This document shows positions 46,663 through 58,368 of a stretch of 64,000 nt of DNA, one piece after another. This stretch comes from Blastocladiella emersonii ATCC 22665 (lineage: Eukaryota > Fungi > Blastocladiomycota). How positions within the stretch are numbered: position 1 is the first letter of the stretch; each line of letters begins with the position of its first letter. The stretch covers positions 1,116,001 through 1,180,000 of the forward strand of contig JANHCV010000013.1 in assembly GCA_025594325.1 (NCBI GenBank). The letters are read 5' to 3'. The position numbers and the translations under genes were made by a program. Under the pieces are notes generated by a model, which did not search any database, was not told the origin of the DNA, and worked only from the letters and a program-made list of their open reading frames with translations.

Positions 46663-49152
46663 ATGCCCGGAAGCAGCAACCACTTGATGCAACCTGTCCA
46701 CGAGAACGGCACCGGCACCGGCACCAAGCCCGCGCGCGAGCCGCCGCCGCCGCCGCCGCACCCCGCTGTCGTGATCCCGAACGGCAACGGGACCGCCACC
46801 GCCAACGGGCTCGACCACGCGCGCAACCACAGCGGCAGCAGCGCCATGTCGCTCGACCCCTCGCCCACCTCCCTCGCCTCGCTCCCGCCCGAGCTCCTGC
46901 TGCAGATCGCGCGGCACCTTGCGTCCCTCTTCACCACCTTGCGCACCGCCAACTCGGCCGTGCTCCCGCTCGCCGCGACGTGCCGCGCCATGTACCGCCT
47001 GCTCACGCCCGTCCTGTGGGAGCGCCTCGCCCTGCTGACCCCGCACTTTGCGGCTGCCGCGTCGGGCAACCCGCGCGTCGCGGTGCGCGGCAACTTGGCG
47101 GTGCGGACCGACGGCGCCGTGGTGCTGGGGCGGGATGGGGATTCCCCCAAAATAGCGCCGGTCAGCTGGCTCAAGTCCCTGACGCTCGGCGACGCGGGGC
47201 CGAGCGACGGCGCGAACGTCGGCGTGCAGCCGACGTGGGGCACGCTCTCTTTGGGGGATCACCTCGCCGACGTGCCCTTGCTCGAGGGCGCCAACACCCA
47301 CTCGGTCCCGTCCGAAGACTCGAGCTGCTGCGACCACCCGTACGCGCTGTCGCCCGACGCCGAGGACCGCGCGCACGTCGCCTTCGCGTCGTTCGTCTCC
47401 CACGCGCTCCCCGTGCTCGGCGCGTGGCTCGAGGACTTGACGGTGCATATCCCGCCGCTGCTCCCCGTCGACGCCCTGTGGCGCGCGCTGCACGCGTCGG
47501 GCGTCGCGGCGACGCTGGCGAGTCTTGCCGTCCACGGGTGCACGCCGCGCCCGCTCGACCTGCGCGGCGTCACGCTGGCGCGCGCGGCGCGCGTCGTCCT
47601 CGCGATCGAGCCCGCGGACGCCGACGCGGCCGCCGTCGCGCTCGCGAGTCTCCCCCAGATACCGCGGTGCACGCACCTCGACCTGTGGCACTCGCTCGGC
47701 CTCGCGCCACGGGTCGCACGGCAACTCGGCGGGTTGGTCGGGTCGCTCCGCGCCCTGTACCTGTCGCTGACCGAGTCGGCCGTCGCGCCGTTCCACGCCG
47801 CGCTGGTCCCCGCGCTCAAGGACGCGGTGCAGCTGCGGGACTTGCGGCTGCAGCACGTCCTGCCCGAGTTCCTGCACCGCGTGCCCGCCGGGCTGGTCGG
47901 GGTGCGGAACCTCGTGTTCGAGTGCGAGAACGCGACCTCAGCCGACCTGCGCCGGTTTCTGTCGCCCGCGCGGTTCCCGAACCTGCGCCGCGTCGAGCTA
48001 AGGTTCTGTATGGCGCGCGGGTCGATCGAGGGGATCGCGCGGTTCACCGGGATCGAGGAGGTCACCCTGCTCGGGATGGAGGCGTGGGACGAGTTCGCGC
48101 TCCGCGGCGTCGTGGAAGATGACGAAGACGAGCTCGCCGACGCCGACGATCCGGCGGTGCACCCGCTCGCACACGAGTGCGGCGCCGAGGACGCGCAGCC
48201 GCGCACGCGGTGGCCCGCCGTGTTCCCCGCGGTCCGCCGCGTCACCGCGGATATCGAGGACCTCAAGTGGATCTTCACCAACGCCTCGCTCCCGTCCCTC
48301 GCCCGGGTTGACGTCGCGCGGCTCATGGTCGCGACCGAGTTCGCCTTCGCCACGCTCCAGCGGTTCCCGAATTTCGCGCACCGCGTGCGGACCCTCGCCA
48401 TGCACCCGGTCCTCGCGGAATCGACCGCCGCGTTCCCGCTCGCCCCGTCGCCACCCCTCGCGGGACTCGAACAACTCTTCGTGCACCCGGACCAGCTCGC
48501 CGGCGTTCCCGCCTCGTGCCTCCCGCGCCTCCGCGCACTCACGCTGCTTGGGACCAAACCCGCCGACGCGTCACGTAACCTGGTCCTCGCCCCGCTCCCC
48601 TCTGACGCGCCAACTTTGTCCAACCTCGCGCGCCTCGAGCTCGCCGCGTGGACGGAAAGCGGCGCGGACCTCGCCGTCGTCGAGCCCGCGGGGGCGGCGG
48701 GGTTCGTCGCGGACGTGTTTGGCCCACGCCCAAAATTCCCGGGGCTGCAGCGGCTCGAGGTGCGCGCGAAACCCGTCGTGCTCCTGGTCGCGGGCGCGGC
48801 GCGGTTCGACGTCGCGTGGAAGAACGGCGAGGCCCCCGCGAGGCGGGCGTGGGCCGCGTTTGCCGACGCGGTGCGGGTGCGGCTGACGGGCGCGGCAGCG
48901 GCGGTGGGCGGCGAGGCGGCGCGGGCGCGGGCGCGGGCGCGGGTCGAGGTGCATGTCCGTGTCGACGCGGAGGAGGCAGACGAGGTGGAGGAGGCCGGCG
49001 AGTGTCTCGCGCCGCTCGTCGCCGCGCTCACGCGCACGGTGCGGCCGGCGCAGGTCACGGTCGCGGGCGGAAGTGGAGTGGTGACCGAGGTCGTGGTGCG
49101 GCGGATCGCGCGCGAGGTCAGCGACGGGGTGACGGTCGTGCAGGTCGAGTGA
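46663..49152 (+). CDS. F-box / RNI-like leucine-rich repeat protein
   Basis: Long intronless ORF; F-box SLASLPPELLLQIARHL; repeated LxxLxL motifs (FPNLRRVEL, LPRLRALTL, FPGLQRLEV). Confidence 0.8.
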   Translation: MPGSSNHLMQPVHENGTGTGTKPAREPPPPPPHPAVVIPNGNGTATANGLDHARNHSGSSAMSLDPSPTSLASLPPELLLQIARHLASLFTTLRTANSAVLPLAATCRAMYRLLTPVLWERLALLTPHFAAAASGNPRVAVRGNLAVRTDGAVVLGRDGDSPKIAPVSWLKSLTLGDAGPSDGANVGVQPTWGTLSLGDHLADVPLLEGANTHSVPSEDSSCCDHPYALSPDAEDRAHVAFASFVSHALPVLGAWLEDLTVHIPPLLPVDALWRALHASGVAATLASLAVHGCTPRPLDLRGVTLARAARVVLAIEPADADAAAVALASLPQIPRCTHLDLWHSLGLAPRVARQLGGLVGSLRALYLSLTESAVAPFHAALVPALKDAVQLRDLRLQHVLPEFLHRVPAGLVGVRNLVFECENATSADLRRFLSPARFPNLRRVELRFCMARGSIEGIARFTGIEEVTLLGMEAWDEFALRGVVEDDEDELADADDPAVHPLAHECGAEDAQPRTRWPAVFPAVRRVTADIEDLKWIFTNASLPSLARVDVARLMVATEFAFATLQRFPNFAHRVRTLAMHPVLAESTAAFPLAPSPPLAGLEQLFVHPDQLAGVPASCLPRLRALTLLGTKPADASRNLVLAPLPSDAPTLSNLARLELAAWTESGADLAVVEPAGAAGFVADVFGPRPKFPGLQRLEVRAKPVVLLVAGAARFDVAWKNGEAPARRAWAAFADAVRVRLTGAAAAVGGEAARARARARVEVHVRVDAEEADEVEEAGECLAPLVAALTRTVRPAQVTVAGGSGVVTEVVVRRIAREVSDGVTVVQVE

Positions 49153-49690
49153 TTGGGGGCGGAATTGGGCCGCCGAGTGCGGATGTGTGAGTGATATATA
49201 AACCAACGTTTCTCGTTGCCTTGCAGGAGTGCGAGCATCCGGACGCGACAGCCGCGCGATGCGAATGGGCGCTCGAGTTGATGAATTGCGATGGCGGGAC
49301 GCGGCGATGAGCGAGCGAGCGGAAGTCGTGAAGAAAAAGTGTCTCGCGCGGACCACGTGAGATCGAAAACGCGTCTCGCACCCAGCGCGGCGGCGGCGCG
49401 CTCGCTGGGCCACCGTGGCCCGGCACGTTGCGTGGCGCAGTCCACGCGGTGAATCGATGAGTCGCGCGGGCAGGACACGGGTTTGAGCGATCCTGATCCT
49501 GATCCTGAGAAGGCGGACCGCCGTTCAAACGGTGTCTCGCGCAAAACACGTGGCGACGCGATGCGAGGTGGATCACATGTAGTGCGTTCTTCCCCTGCCC
49601 GCGGATATCAGTGCTGCAGATGGTTCGATCGGTTCTCGCGCTTTTGAAACAAGAACAGCAGTATGTTGTGCTTCCTCAAATTCGCATACA

Positions 49691-51177
49691 TCAGGTTTGG
49701 CGCTGGCGGCGCCGCTTCGCGGGCCGTTTGGGAAGCGGACTTGATTCACCCGGGCTCTCGGATGATGAAGGTAGGGACCGTTCCTGCGAGTCTGGGGCGT
49801 CGGCGGCGGCAGTGTGCACAAGTCCCAAGCCCCGTCGGATCTCGTAAACTTTGTTCCCGATTGATTTCTGGAATGAGAGCAGGCGAGAAGGGATTGATTA
49901 GCTGCGACCACAACTGCCAGTTGAAAGATGAGAACACGTACCTTGAGTTTTGCCGTCTCCGCAAACAAGAAGTAAAGGTGCCGCTGCGTAACCCACTCAA
50001 AAGCCTCCTGGGTCGTCATGACGCGGCCCGGCGCGGATGCGAACGCAGCGTCCGCCAGCTGCGGGCACTTGAGAGATGGTCGCGCGTGGGTCGTGCCAGT
50101 GGCGGGATCCGTTGCGGTGACAACGTTTGTGGACCAGGAGAGAGTGGAAGAAACCAGTTCCTCGAGCTGCATGGAGCTGCTGTTGCCAGGAACGCGGGAG
50201 AGCACCTGCACAAGATGGGCCTCCAAGACTGTCCACTGGCCAGCCCTGGTGACGTTGCCGGTTTGGAGCCGCGTAAACCCATCATTACGTAGTAACGTGT
50301 TCCTAAACTGACACTTGCGTGACGCACAGCCGGCAAGTGGCGAGTGTCAGAACGACGACGATAGGAAGTGGGGGGCACACGTTGGCGGATGACGAACCTT
50401 TTCGAGCTGAATCTGCTCCTTGGCCATGGCGCCAAAGAATGGGTAGCGCTCCGCAAGCCAAGAAAGCATTTGAGCGATCGTCAAAGTCCGATTTGGGTGC
50501 GAGGCCAGTGCCAGGCACATGAGCTGCGATATGGTCAGGTTGGGTCGCGTGCTGGGCACGGTACCACCCCCAGTCATCGACCCCGCGCCCGCTGACAATG
50601 GAAAAGCCGGCGGAAGGCTGCGTGGCGACGCGACCGGCGGTGATTCCCACGATTCGGTCCGCTGATCTTGAGGCGCTAGAGAAGGCGCTTGACCGGAAAA
50701 ATGCAGGCAGGGCGGTGGCGGTGGTGCGAAGCTCGAGCGGGCCGCGGTTGAGGGAGGAAGTCGAGTTGGGACTTCCTCAAACGCTGGTAGAATGGGCATC
50801 GCTGGAACCGAAGCAACAGGCACCACTTTAAATGGTGAAGGGAAAGCGAGATCGGAGCAGCAACCCGCGCGACGCGACGGCGTGGCTCCGCTTCCCGTCA
50901 TGCCATGCGAAGGGGACAGCGGCTGAACAGAGGTTTCCGAGCCCAGCCAAGCAAGCGCATGATTGCTTTCATGAGAAAAGCCGAAGAACTCGCTGATGCC
51001 GGCCGGCGGAGAGTTACACTCGGGAAGCGAGAGGCTGGAAAGCGAGAGGTCGGGAGGCGTCGGCGGGGAAGGCCGCGCGAGGCGGTCGGGCTGACCTAAA
51101 TGCAGCGCCGAATGCGGTAGCTCAGCGGTATTGCTTGACCGCTCAAGCGCCGAGTCAGTTGCATGTAGTGATTCCAT
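49691..51177 (-). CDS. Protein with two divergent forkhead (winged-helix) domains
   Basis: FH1: RPNLTISQLMCLALASHPNRTLTIAQMLSWLAERYPFF..EK|FRNTLLRNDGFTRLQTGNVTRAGQWTV. FH2: RPSLKCPQLADAAFASAPGRVMTTQEAFEWVTQRHLYF..LK|KSIGNKVY. Two introns. C-terminal NLS-like PKRPAKRRRQR. Confidence 0.7.
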
Positions 51178-51649
51178 TAGTTTGCGTTCGAGGTGAATGG
51201 ATGTGAGAGAGAGCGATATTCTCAGCAGTAGGCTGAGTTTCTGTGGAGCTGAATTCGCGCTCAAGCTGGGCCATTTGGCACGCCTGACTTTTCTGCCACT
51301 CCCATCAACACGCGTCGCGACGCGTCTCGGTCGAGCTCGAATTATCTTCTCCTCAATTTTCTCCAAATCCTCTTAATAAATCTACCCTCTAACTCTATGC
51401 AACTCAACTAAAATCGTCTGGGGCACAGTTTGACGTCGGAATACTCTCCGTGTACCTGACCTCTCACTCTTCCCGCTCCTCCCGCGGCCACTGTGCATAT
51501 CCTCTACATTTCCTCCGTCCTTCATGTCCTACGTGGGCATCCACACGCTTCCCTGACGCTTTGATTTAATTCACCGCTTGCGCGTATTGTGTCTCGCGTT
51601 TTTTGTCTCGCGTCCCTTGTCTCGCACTCGTTGCGTGCGCGAGACACAT

Positions 51650-53250
51650 CGCGTCTCTTGGTACAAGTTCCGCGGCACCCATGCTGCAGTCGGCAAGCTC
51701 GTCGTCGCGATGCGCGCGGCCAAGGTCGTTCCCGTGCCGCTGCTCAACAAGCAGGTCAGCCAGTCGTCCGATATCGGCAGCACCGAGTCGCGCGCCATGA
51801 TCTCCATGATCCTGTTCAAGCCGTTCCGCGCCATCAACGAGGTGGCTCCGGCTCGCGGCGAGACGTGGTCGCAGACGCTCGATCTCTTCAAAAGCACGCT
51901 CAAGCAGGGCAGCGACCGGCTCCAGTGGATCAACAACTTCCGCGACTACGTGAACGCGTCGCCCGGCAAGTTCATCGCCGATTCCGAGGCCGACAATAGC
52001 GCGACGCCCGAGCAGGTCGACCTTTGACGCGCCGGCGGTACTGGCATGGGTAACGACGACGAGGCTGATGGTGAGATCATGCCCGTCGGCATTGCGCAAG
52101 GAGCTCACGGCAACGACGCTTTCCTGCACGAGATCCTCTCGATCATCTCCCAGAACGACCAGCACGCGGCCATGCTCCTCATGTCGGCAGTACACTACGG
52201 ACTGCTCTCAAACTCGAACGCGCCCGTGCCTGCTCTGCCACTCGAGCTTCGCCAGCAGCTGCTCAAGGTCGACTCGGATCCGGCATGGTTCGCGCAACTC
52301 GCTAACTACGCGGATCTGGCCAGGAAGGCCGACGAGGATGCCCGTGGGTTCGCTCGGCGGAGCCACCTCGCGCTCGACTCGTTCAAGCAGACGGCGGTGT
52401 CGCACCGCCAGCCGTCCGGGTGCAGCTCGCGCGACAGGAGCAACTCGCTCCGTACCTTCAAGGGCTCAACGTCGAGCAGCGCCGCGTCGTCGAGCACGTC
52501 GAGTCGACGCTCGATGCCATCAAGCGCCGCAACGCTGACATCGAGCAGCTCCTCATGCTCGTCCACGGCGAGGCGGGCACGGGCAAGAGTCGCGTCATTA
52601 ACTCGATCCGCGACATGTTCGTCGCCAAGGGCAGCAGTTTGTGGCTCAAGATCTGCGCGCCTACCGGCGTAGCCGCGGCGCCCATTGGCGGCTCCACGAT
52701 CCACGCCATGTGCGGTATCGGCACCGTCGTCTCGGCGACCAAGCCGATGAACGACAAAGCCAAGGCCAAGCTCGAGGGCTCGTTCCGCTCCGTCAAGTTT
52801 GTCCTTATCCACGAGATCTCCATGGTAGGCGCCAAGCTGTTCGCCACAATGCACTTGCGCTTCGACGCGCTATACCCGAGCCGCGACCATCGTCCGTTTG
52901 GCGGCCTGCACGTCCTCGCGTTTGGCGACTTTTTCCAGTTCGAGCCCGTCATGGCCCGCTCGCTCACGGTTCCATCTGAGCAGCCGGTCGAACGCGCACC
53001 CGAACCCAAGGTGGATGCAGCTCATGATGGCGACTCGATGCAGGTCGACGGCGAGCCTCAGCAGCAGCAGCAGCAGAAGAAGCGCGCGTCCAAGCGCAAG
53101 GAGCGGCCAGCGGTCAGCAGAACTCGAACTGACGCAAACATTGGTCGCGATCAGTGGCTCGCCTTCAACTCGGTCTTCTTCCTCGTGCAGCAGATGCGGC
53201 AGTCGGGCGACGCGAGCTTCCTCACCGTGCTCCAGGACCTGCGCAACTTG
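51650..53250 (+). pseudogene. Truncated Helitron-type Rep/PIF1 helicase
   Basis: SMILFKPFR..TW; LLMLVHGEAGTGKS; APTGVAAAPIGGSTIH; Walker B mutated (HEISM); PFGGLHVLAFGDFFQFEPV; QMRQSGDASF. Stop at 52025, frameshift ~52408, ends after motif IV. Confidence 0.85.
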
Positions 53251-53254
53251 CATC

Positions 53255-54158
53255 GTCTCGCAGCGCGTGATCGAGTACCTCGGCTCGCGGCGGCGGGGTG
53301 GCCCTGGACGGCGTCGTTCGGCTTGTTGTTGGCGACGTCCTTCACGAGAGCCCGCAGCTTCTTGGCGACGACCTTGGCGCGCTACATGTTTGCAAGAGCG
53401 GGAACGCGTCAGTTACAAGGAACCCTTGAGTTCCGCGTCACACCATACCTTGATCCGGCGACTAGCGCGACGCGAAGCACGCAGACCCACGGCCTTCTTT
53501 GCAGGGTCGGACGCCAAACCAAAATGGCGGTCCACGTAATGCCCGACCTGGTGCGCGTGCGCCGGGTCCACCGCTTGGCCAGCCGTGACCTTATCGATGA
53601 GCTGGTGCTCAAAATCCTCGAGCTCCTTGCGGTTCATCGCGTCGGGCGACGTAGCCGAGAAACGCTCGTCGAGCATCGTAGCTGCAGCGGCCTGGTTGAC
53701 TTGGCGCTAGCGCAGGGCGGATGGTCAGTTGCACTCCAGGTTCACTGAGAGAAGGACGAATGCGCACATAAAGCTCAGGGCGCCGCTTGCGTTTCTTAGG
53801 GGCCGGCATGAGCAACGCAGAAGCACACACAGCTGTTTCGTCCTTGTCGCGCTGGCGTTTCTGCAACGCCTTGAGTTACATGATGTGCGGCACCAAACCT
53901 TCCGTCAGCAACACGCAATCGCAGGCCGGGCTACGCTCGATACCGCGAGAACACGCGTACCCGCTGGTTCACCTCGTCGTCGAGGCGCTTCTCGAGCGCG
54001 TCAACGCGCTCTACGACTGGCGCTAGCGCCTCTTTGACGGCCTTGTCGACGCGGCCCTGGACGGCCTCGCCAAGCGACGGCACTTCATCAATCACCGAAT
54101 CAAGCTCCTCAACCGTGAGGTTTTTGAGTGTCTTCTTGCTCCTGCTCTTGTCCTTCAT
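53255..54158 (-). CDS. Multi-exon basic/coiled-coil protein divergent from the transposase (possible accessory ORF), 3'-truncated
   Basis: MKDKSRSKKTLKNLTVEELDSVIDEV..; PKKRKRR; RRIK|RAKVVAKKLRALVKD via GTATGG..CTGAC..TAG intron. Runs into the helicase remnant. Confidence 0.5.
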
Positions 54159-54400
54159 GAGTTTACGTCTGCGGGTCTGCGCCAGAGGGAGAGAGAAGCG
54201 GCCGCGGGCGGTGATCCGAGCTCGAGTCGGCGCGCCGCTCGAAACTTTGTTGCGCCACCGCGGCCGTGCCGACGCTCCCCGCCCCACTCCTCTCCCCACT
54301 CTTGTCGCTCGCGGCGTTCATGTAAGCGGATGGAAACTTGCTGCACTTGACTCTCAAGGCTCTCATCTCCAATCGCGTCGCTTGCCAACACCTCGCCGGC

Positions 54401-57400
54401 ATGACCAAATCAAGGGTGCCCGTGACGCGCAACACGCCCGGGGCGCGCTTCTGCGCGTGCTGGAAGTGTCTTCTCTCAACTGGCGGCACTGGGAAATGGC
54501 TGGCCTCGGCAACCTACTACGATCATCGTCAGTACACGTTCAAACATGTTGATTCGAAGTCGAAGGGTGATCAACGACGCGTGCTTGACGATCTCCGCGC
54601 CAGCGAGTTACTCCGCGACCACGACTGGCCGCTCACCGCCAAGTGGTCTGTTGCCGAAATGGACATCCTGCTTTCTTCAGTTTTCGAGGAGCAGACGGTT
54701 TCCCCTGTCGACTGGAAGCGTAGGCTCGCCGCCGCATCCCCCGCCGCTGCTTCCGCCGCAGCTCTCAACGATGAGCGAGCCTCTTCGTCAACCGCGTCTT
54801 CGTCTTCTAGCGGCAGCGGTCAAGCTCTTGCTCTTTCCGACGCCGAACGCGCGCTTGCACATGGCGCGGACGGCGCGTCTTTGTCCCGACACCGCGTCCC
54901 GCGACGGCTTGGCGACGACGTCATGGGTGAGCTGGAAATGGACGAGACGCTTGCGCCGTACGGCGACGATCTCGAGTCTCGCAGGATGCTCCCTGGACAC
55001 GTCGTTTTGCCAGGGGCGGCAGGCGGCCAGCCTCCCGCGGATCGCGCTCCTGCAGCCGCGCCCGAGCCACCAAGGTCAGCAATGCCCCTTGCGCCAGCTG
55101 TTGACGTCGCCGGACTTGTCGCTCCAATTTTTGATGGATGCGACGCCAATCACCTCTCCAAGCCCCGCGCGCTGGTCTACCAGTCGATTCTGACTCTCAT
55201 GCAGCACTACAACATGACCCATCGCGAAACATCGTTCCTGCTCGGTGCCTTCTCGACTTACGGGCAGTCCATTGTTGACGAACTGAAGGGCTTGGACGAG
55301 GACGCTGCTGCTCGCGTTCGCGAGGATTTGGCCAGCATTCCGGCGAGTCCGAGCACCTTCTTCAAACAGTGCGCGCTCGACATGATCCCAGGCTACTTTG
55401 TCATCTGCACGAAGTGTAGCTCGCTCTACACTCTCGAGCAGGCCTCGACAGTAAAGTTCTGTACACACACCGACTTTACTGATGGCAAGGAATGCCGTAC
55501 GCAGCTTGTCGACACGAAGGGCGGGTCTGTCTTGCCGCTTGGAATGCTTCCCTATCAGTCCTTTGAGGCGTCTCTCAAGCACTTGATGCGGCTTCCGGGT
55601 ATCGGCTCAACCATGGATAACTGGCGCTTGCACCAGTCCACGGATCCCGACGTGGTGGGTGATCTCTGGGATGGGAGCATCTGGCGCGAGGGTGTGGAAT
55701 GCCCAACCCGCGGCGCGACTGCTTCCTTTTTCGACGCGCTTCCCACGCCCACGGATGGGAGCCCGAAGGAGACGCGGCTTGGACTTGTCCTCAACATCGA
55801 CTGGATTCAATCGCGGTCAGGCGAAAGCTGGTCGACTGGAATGGTGTACCTCGAGGTTGGAAACCTTCACCCGCACCTCCGCGCCAAGGTCGAGCATCAG
55901 ATTCTTGTTGCTGTTATCCCTGGTCCGGTCGAGCCTGACTCGGACGCGATTCAGCGCATTCTCGAGTCTCTCGTTGCCGAACTTGTTGTAGCTTTTGAAA
56001 AGGGCTTTCTCCTCACGGACGACCTTGGGTGCCGAGCATCTTGTCCGCTGCGCGCTTGTTTCAGTTGCTTGCGACATTCCCGCCGTCAAAAAGTGCCTTG
56101 GCTTCGCGATGCACAACAGCCATCGCGGTTGTCACTTTTGCTCAGTCACTTTCCCTTCCGTCAAACCGGATCGCGCTGTTCCTGACGAGCATGCAGGCGA
56201 CATGGACCGCGACGACGACGATCCAATGGACGTGGACGGGCGGGACGATCAACCATCTGCTGCTACTCCTTCACGTTCGCGGAGCGCAAGCAAACCCCGT
56301 GGCGGTAAACGCGGAAAGTCCTTGGGCCGCGGGGGTCGGCGGTCGCGTAAGGCCGATGCTGCCGCAGCACGCGGTTTTCTTGATCACGGTCCGTTTGAAC
56401 AGCCTTCGCCGCCTTGGACGCGCGGGGATTGCGAGACCGCTTGTCGGTCATACCTTGCAGCGCCGAACGCCAAGGCTTGCGTCAATGCCTTGAATCAGCA
56501 CGGCATGCGTCCGTCGGTCTTTGATCGGCTGCCTTACTTCAATCGTGCGCTATTCGTCAGTCTTGACTCGATGCACAATTTATGTCTCGGCGTGCTCAAG
56601 TCCATTCTTGGGCTGTACGTGAAGCACGGTTACCTCTCGCAGGAAACCCGCCGACTCATGGACGCCATTTACCGTGACATGAACATTCCAAGCGACCTTG
56701 GCCGGTATGTTAATTCTGCTCGCCGAGCCACGCTGTGCTGTGGTGCGACCGTGGCCGCGGTAATGGCCACGGCCACCGTCGCGACGCGTCCGCCGCAGCG
56801 AGGGCATCAAACTCACTCTGTTTTGGTCGCGCGCCTTGTGTGTAGCCTTCCTGGAAGCTTCGCGACTGATTTGGGCTTTAGCCATTTCACGGCTTCCGAG
56901 ATTCGCGTCTTCGTCTTGTACCTTTCCAAGTTCATATTTGCCGAGCTTAGCGCGTTTCCTTCCGAGGAGCTTGCGCAATGGTGCAAGCTTGTCGACGCGT
57001 GCGCGATCCTGATGGGATCGGTCGTGTCGATCCGCGAGGCGGGGCTCGCCGTCGACGCGTTACGCGACTTTTTCCTCCACATTCGCGCCGAGTTCGGCGC
57101 GCGCGTCCTCACGCCCAACTGCCACTACGCTTTGCACTACGCCGAAACGATTGCGCGGCACGGCCCAACACCGAGCACCTGGCTTTTCGCGTTTGAGCGC
57201 TGGAACGGCGACTTCAAGGAGCTTAACGTTCAGTACAGCTCTCTCGAAATGTGTTATATGCGAAGCTTCCTTTGCCAACAACAGCGAGTGCACTTGCTTA
57301 ATCAACTCGAGCAGCTTAGCGTTGAGAGTAAAGCTCTCGCGAAACGGTGTCTTGCGGGTCAGTCGGTGGCCGTCGTTCATGACGAACGAAGCGGCGACGA

Positions 57401-58118
57401 TGCCATTAGCGACGTGGTCACGTCAGTGAGCGTCGAGCATCGCCCAACAAAGTTGTGTTTCATGGAGAAACCATCATTTCTTGCTCTGCTCAAGCTTCAA
57501 CGGGCGGTGGCGGCTGGCTCACTCGCGTGGTGGCATGCGATTGACGCGTCGCAGGACTTCCCCACCATGAGCTTGGTTCGGTTCACCAACGTGTCCAAGT
57601 TTGCTGCCGTAACCCTGAACAGCGTCCGAGTTCATCAGCGCGGCAGCCTGGTGCGCGTCGTGGTGCCGCGCTCGGTGCAGGAAACGCTTGACGGCAAGCA
57701 GCCGCTCACTGGCTTCCCGCGGCGCTGGAGCGCGGCCGCGCCAGCAACTCATGGCCTCGAGCTTGTGTCGGCGCTCGCGCGGTGCACGGGTTTCTTCGAG
57801 TACGTCGGCCAGGTCTTTGCGCAGGTGACGCTCGTCAACGAGGTCGACTACTTGCATGACGACCTCGCCGACAACTTCCCCAAGCGGATCGAGATCGCGG
57901 GCGTGCGACGGATCGAGGAGCCCTTGGACGCTGGCGACGACGCCCACCTTGTCCTTCCAGTGCAGGCCATCACGGCGCGCGTGTGCAGCGACCGGCGCTT
58001 GACGCGGTCGGAGCGGCGGAGAACGGTCGAGGCGCCGATCACCACGGTGGACGCCACGACGACGCGGGCAAGCTGGATCGCGTGCGAGATCCCTGTCCCG
58101 ACGTGGACGAGCACATAG
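54401..58118 (+). CDS. CACTA/EnSpm (Transposase_21/Tnp2) DDE transposase, one 1-bp frameshift
   Basis: CACWKC zinc motif; DLWDGSIW; LVLNIDW; NLHPHLR..IPGPVEP; ACDIPAVKKCLGF..GCHFC; LPYF..LDSMHNLCLG; DLGR|LPG (141-nt intron 56705-56845); TPNCHYALH..HGP..WLFAFERWNG. Extra G at 56027-56029. Confidence 0.9.
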
Positions 58119-58169
58119 AAGGCGTTGCAACTAGTATACATGGTGTATTTATTGAGTAACGGTGGGAGT

Positions 58170-58351
58170 GCTTAGGGCGACGTTAGGAGAAGGGTTAGCG
58201 TGATGGAGTTGCAAACCGGGCCAAACTCTATCCTAAGCCGCACGCCGAGCTAAGCTTCCCTAACCGAGGTGCTAGCTCAGGGACTTTGGCGCGTGGCGCC
58301 GATCGCGATCGCACCGCAGCTAAGCCCGCCTAACCGCAGCCCTAACCTGGG
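58170..58351. repeat. Telomere-like CTAA-core subterminal array
   Basis: Nine (C/G)CTAA(C/G)-type units, the first three inverted. Exact TTAGGG 58172-77, CCCTAA 58258-63 and 58340-45. Confidence 0.8.
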
Positions 58352-58368
58352 TGCTTTTTCACTGTGTC

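Larger units (their letters stand above)
53255..58351 (+). mobile_element. CACTA/EnSpm (CMC)-type DNA transposon, left end not visible
   Basis: Tnp2 transposase plus right subterminal array ending ...CCCTAACCTGGG (CCC-type terminus). Confidence 0.7.
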
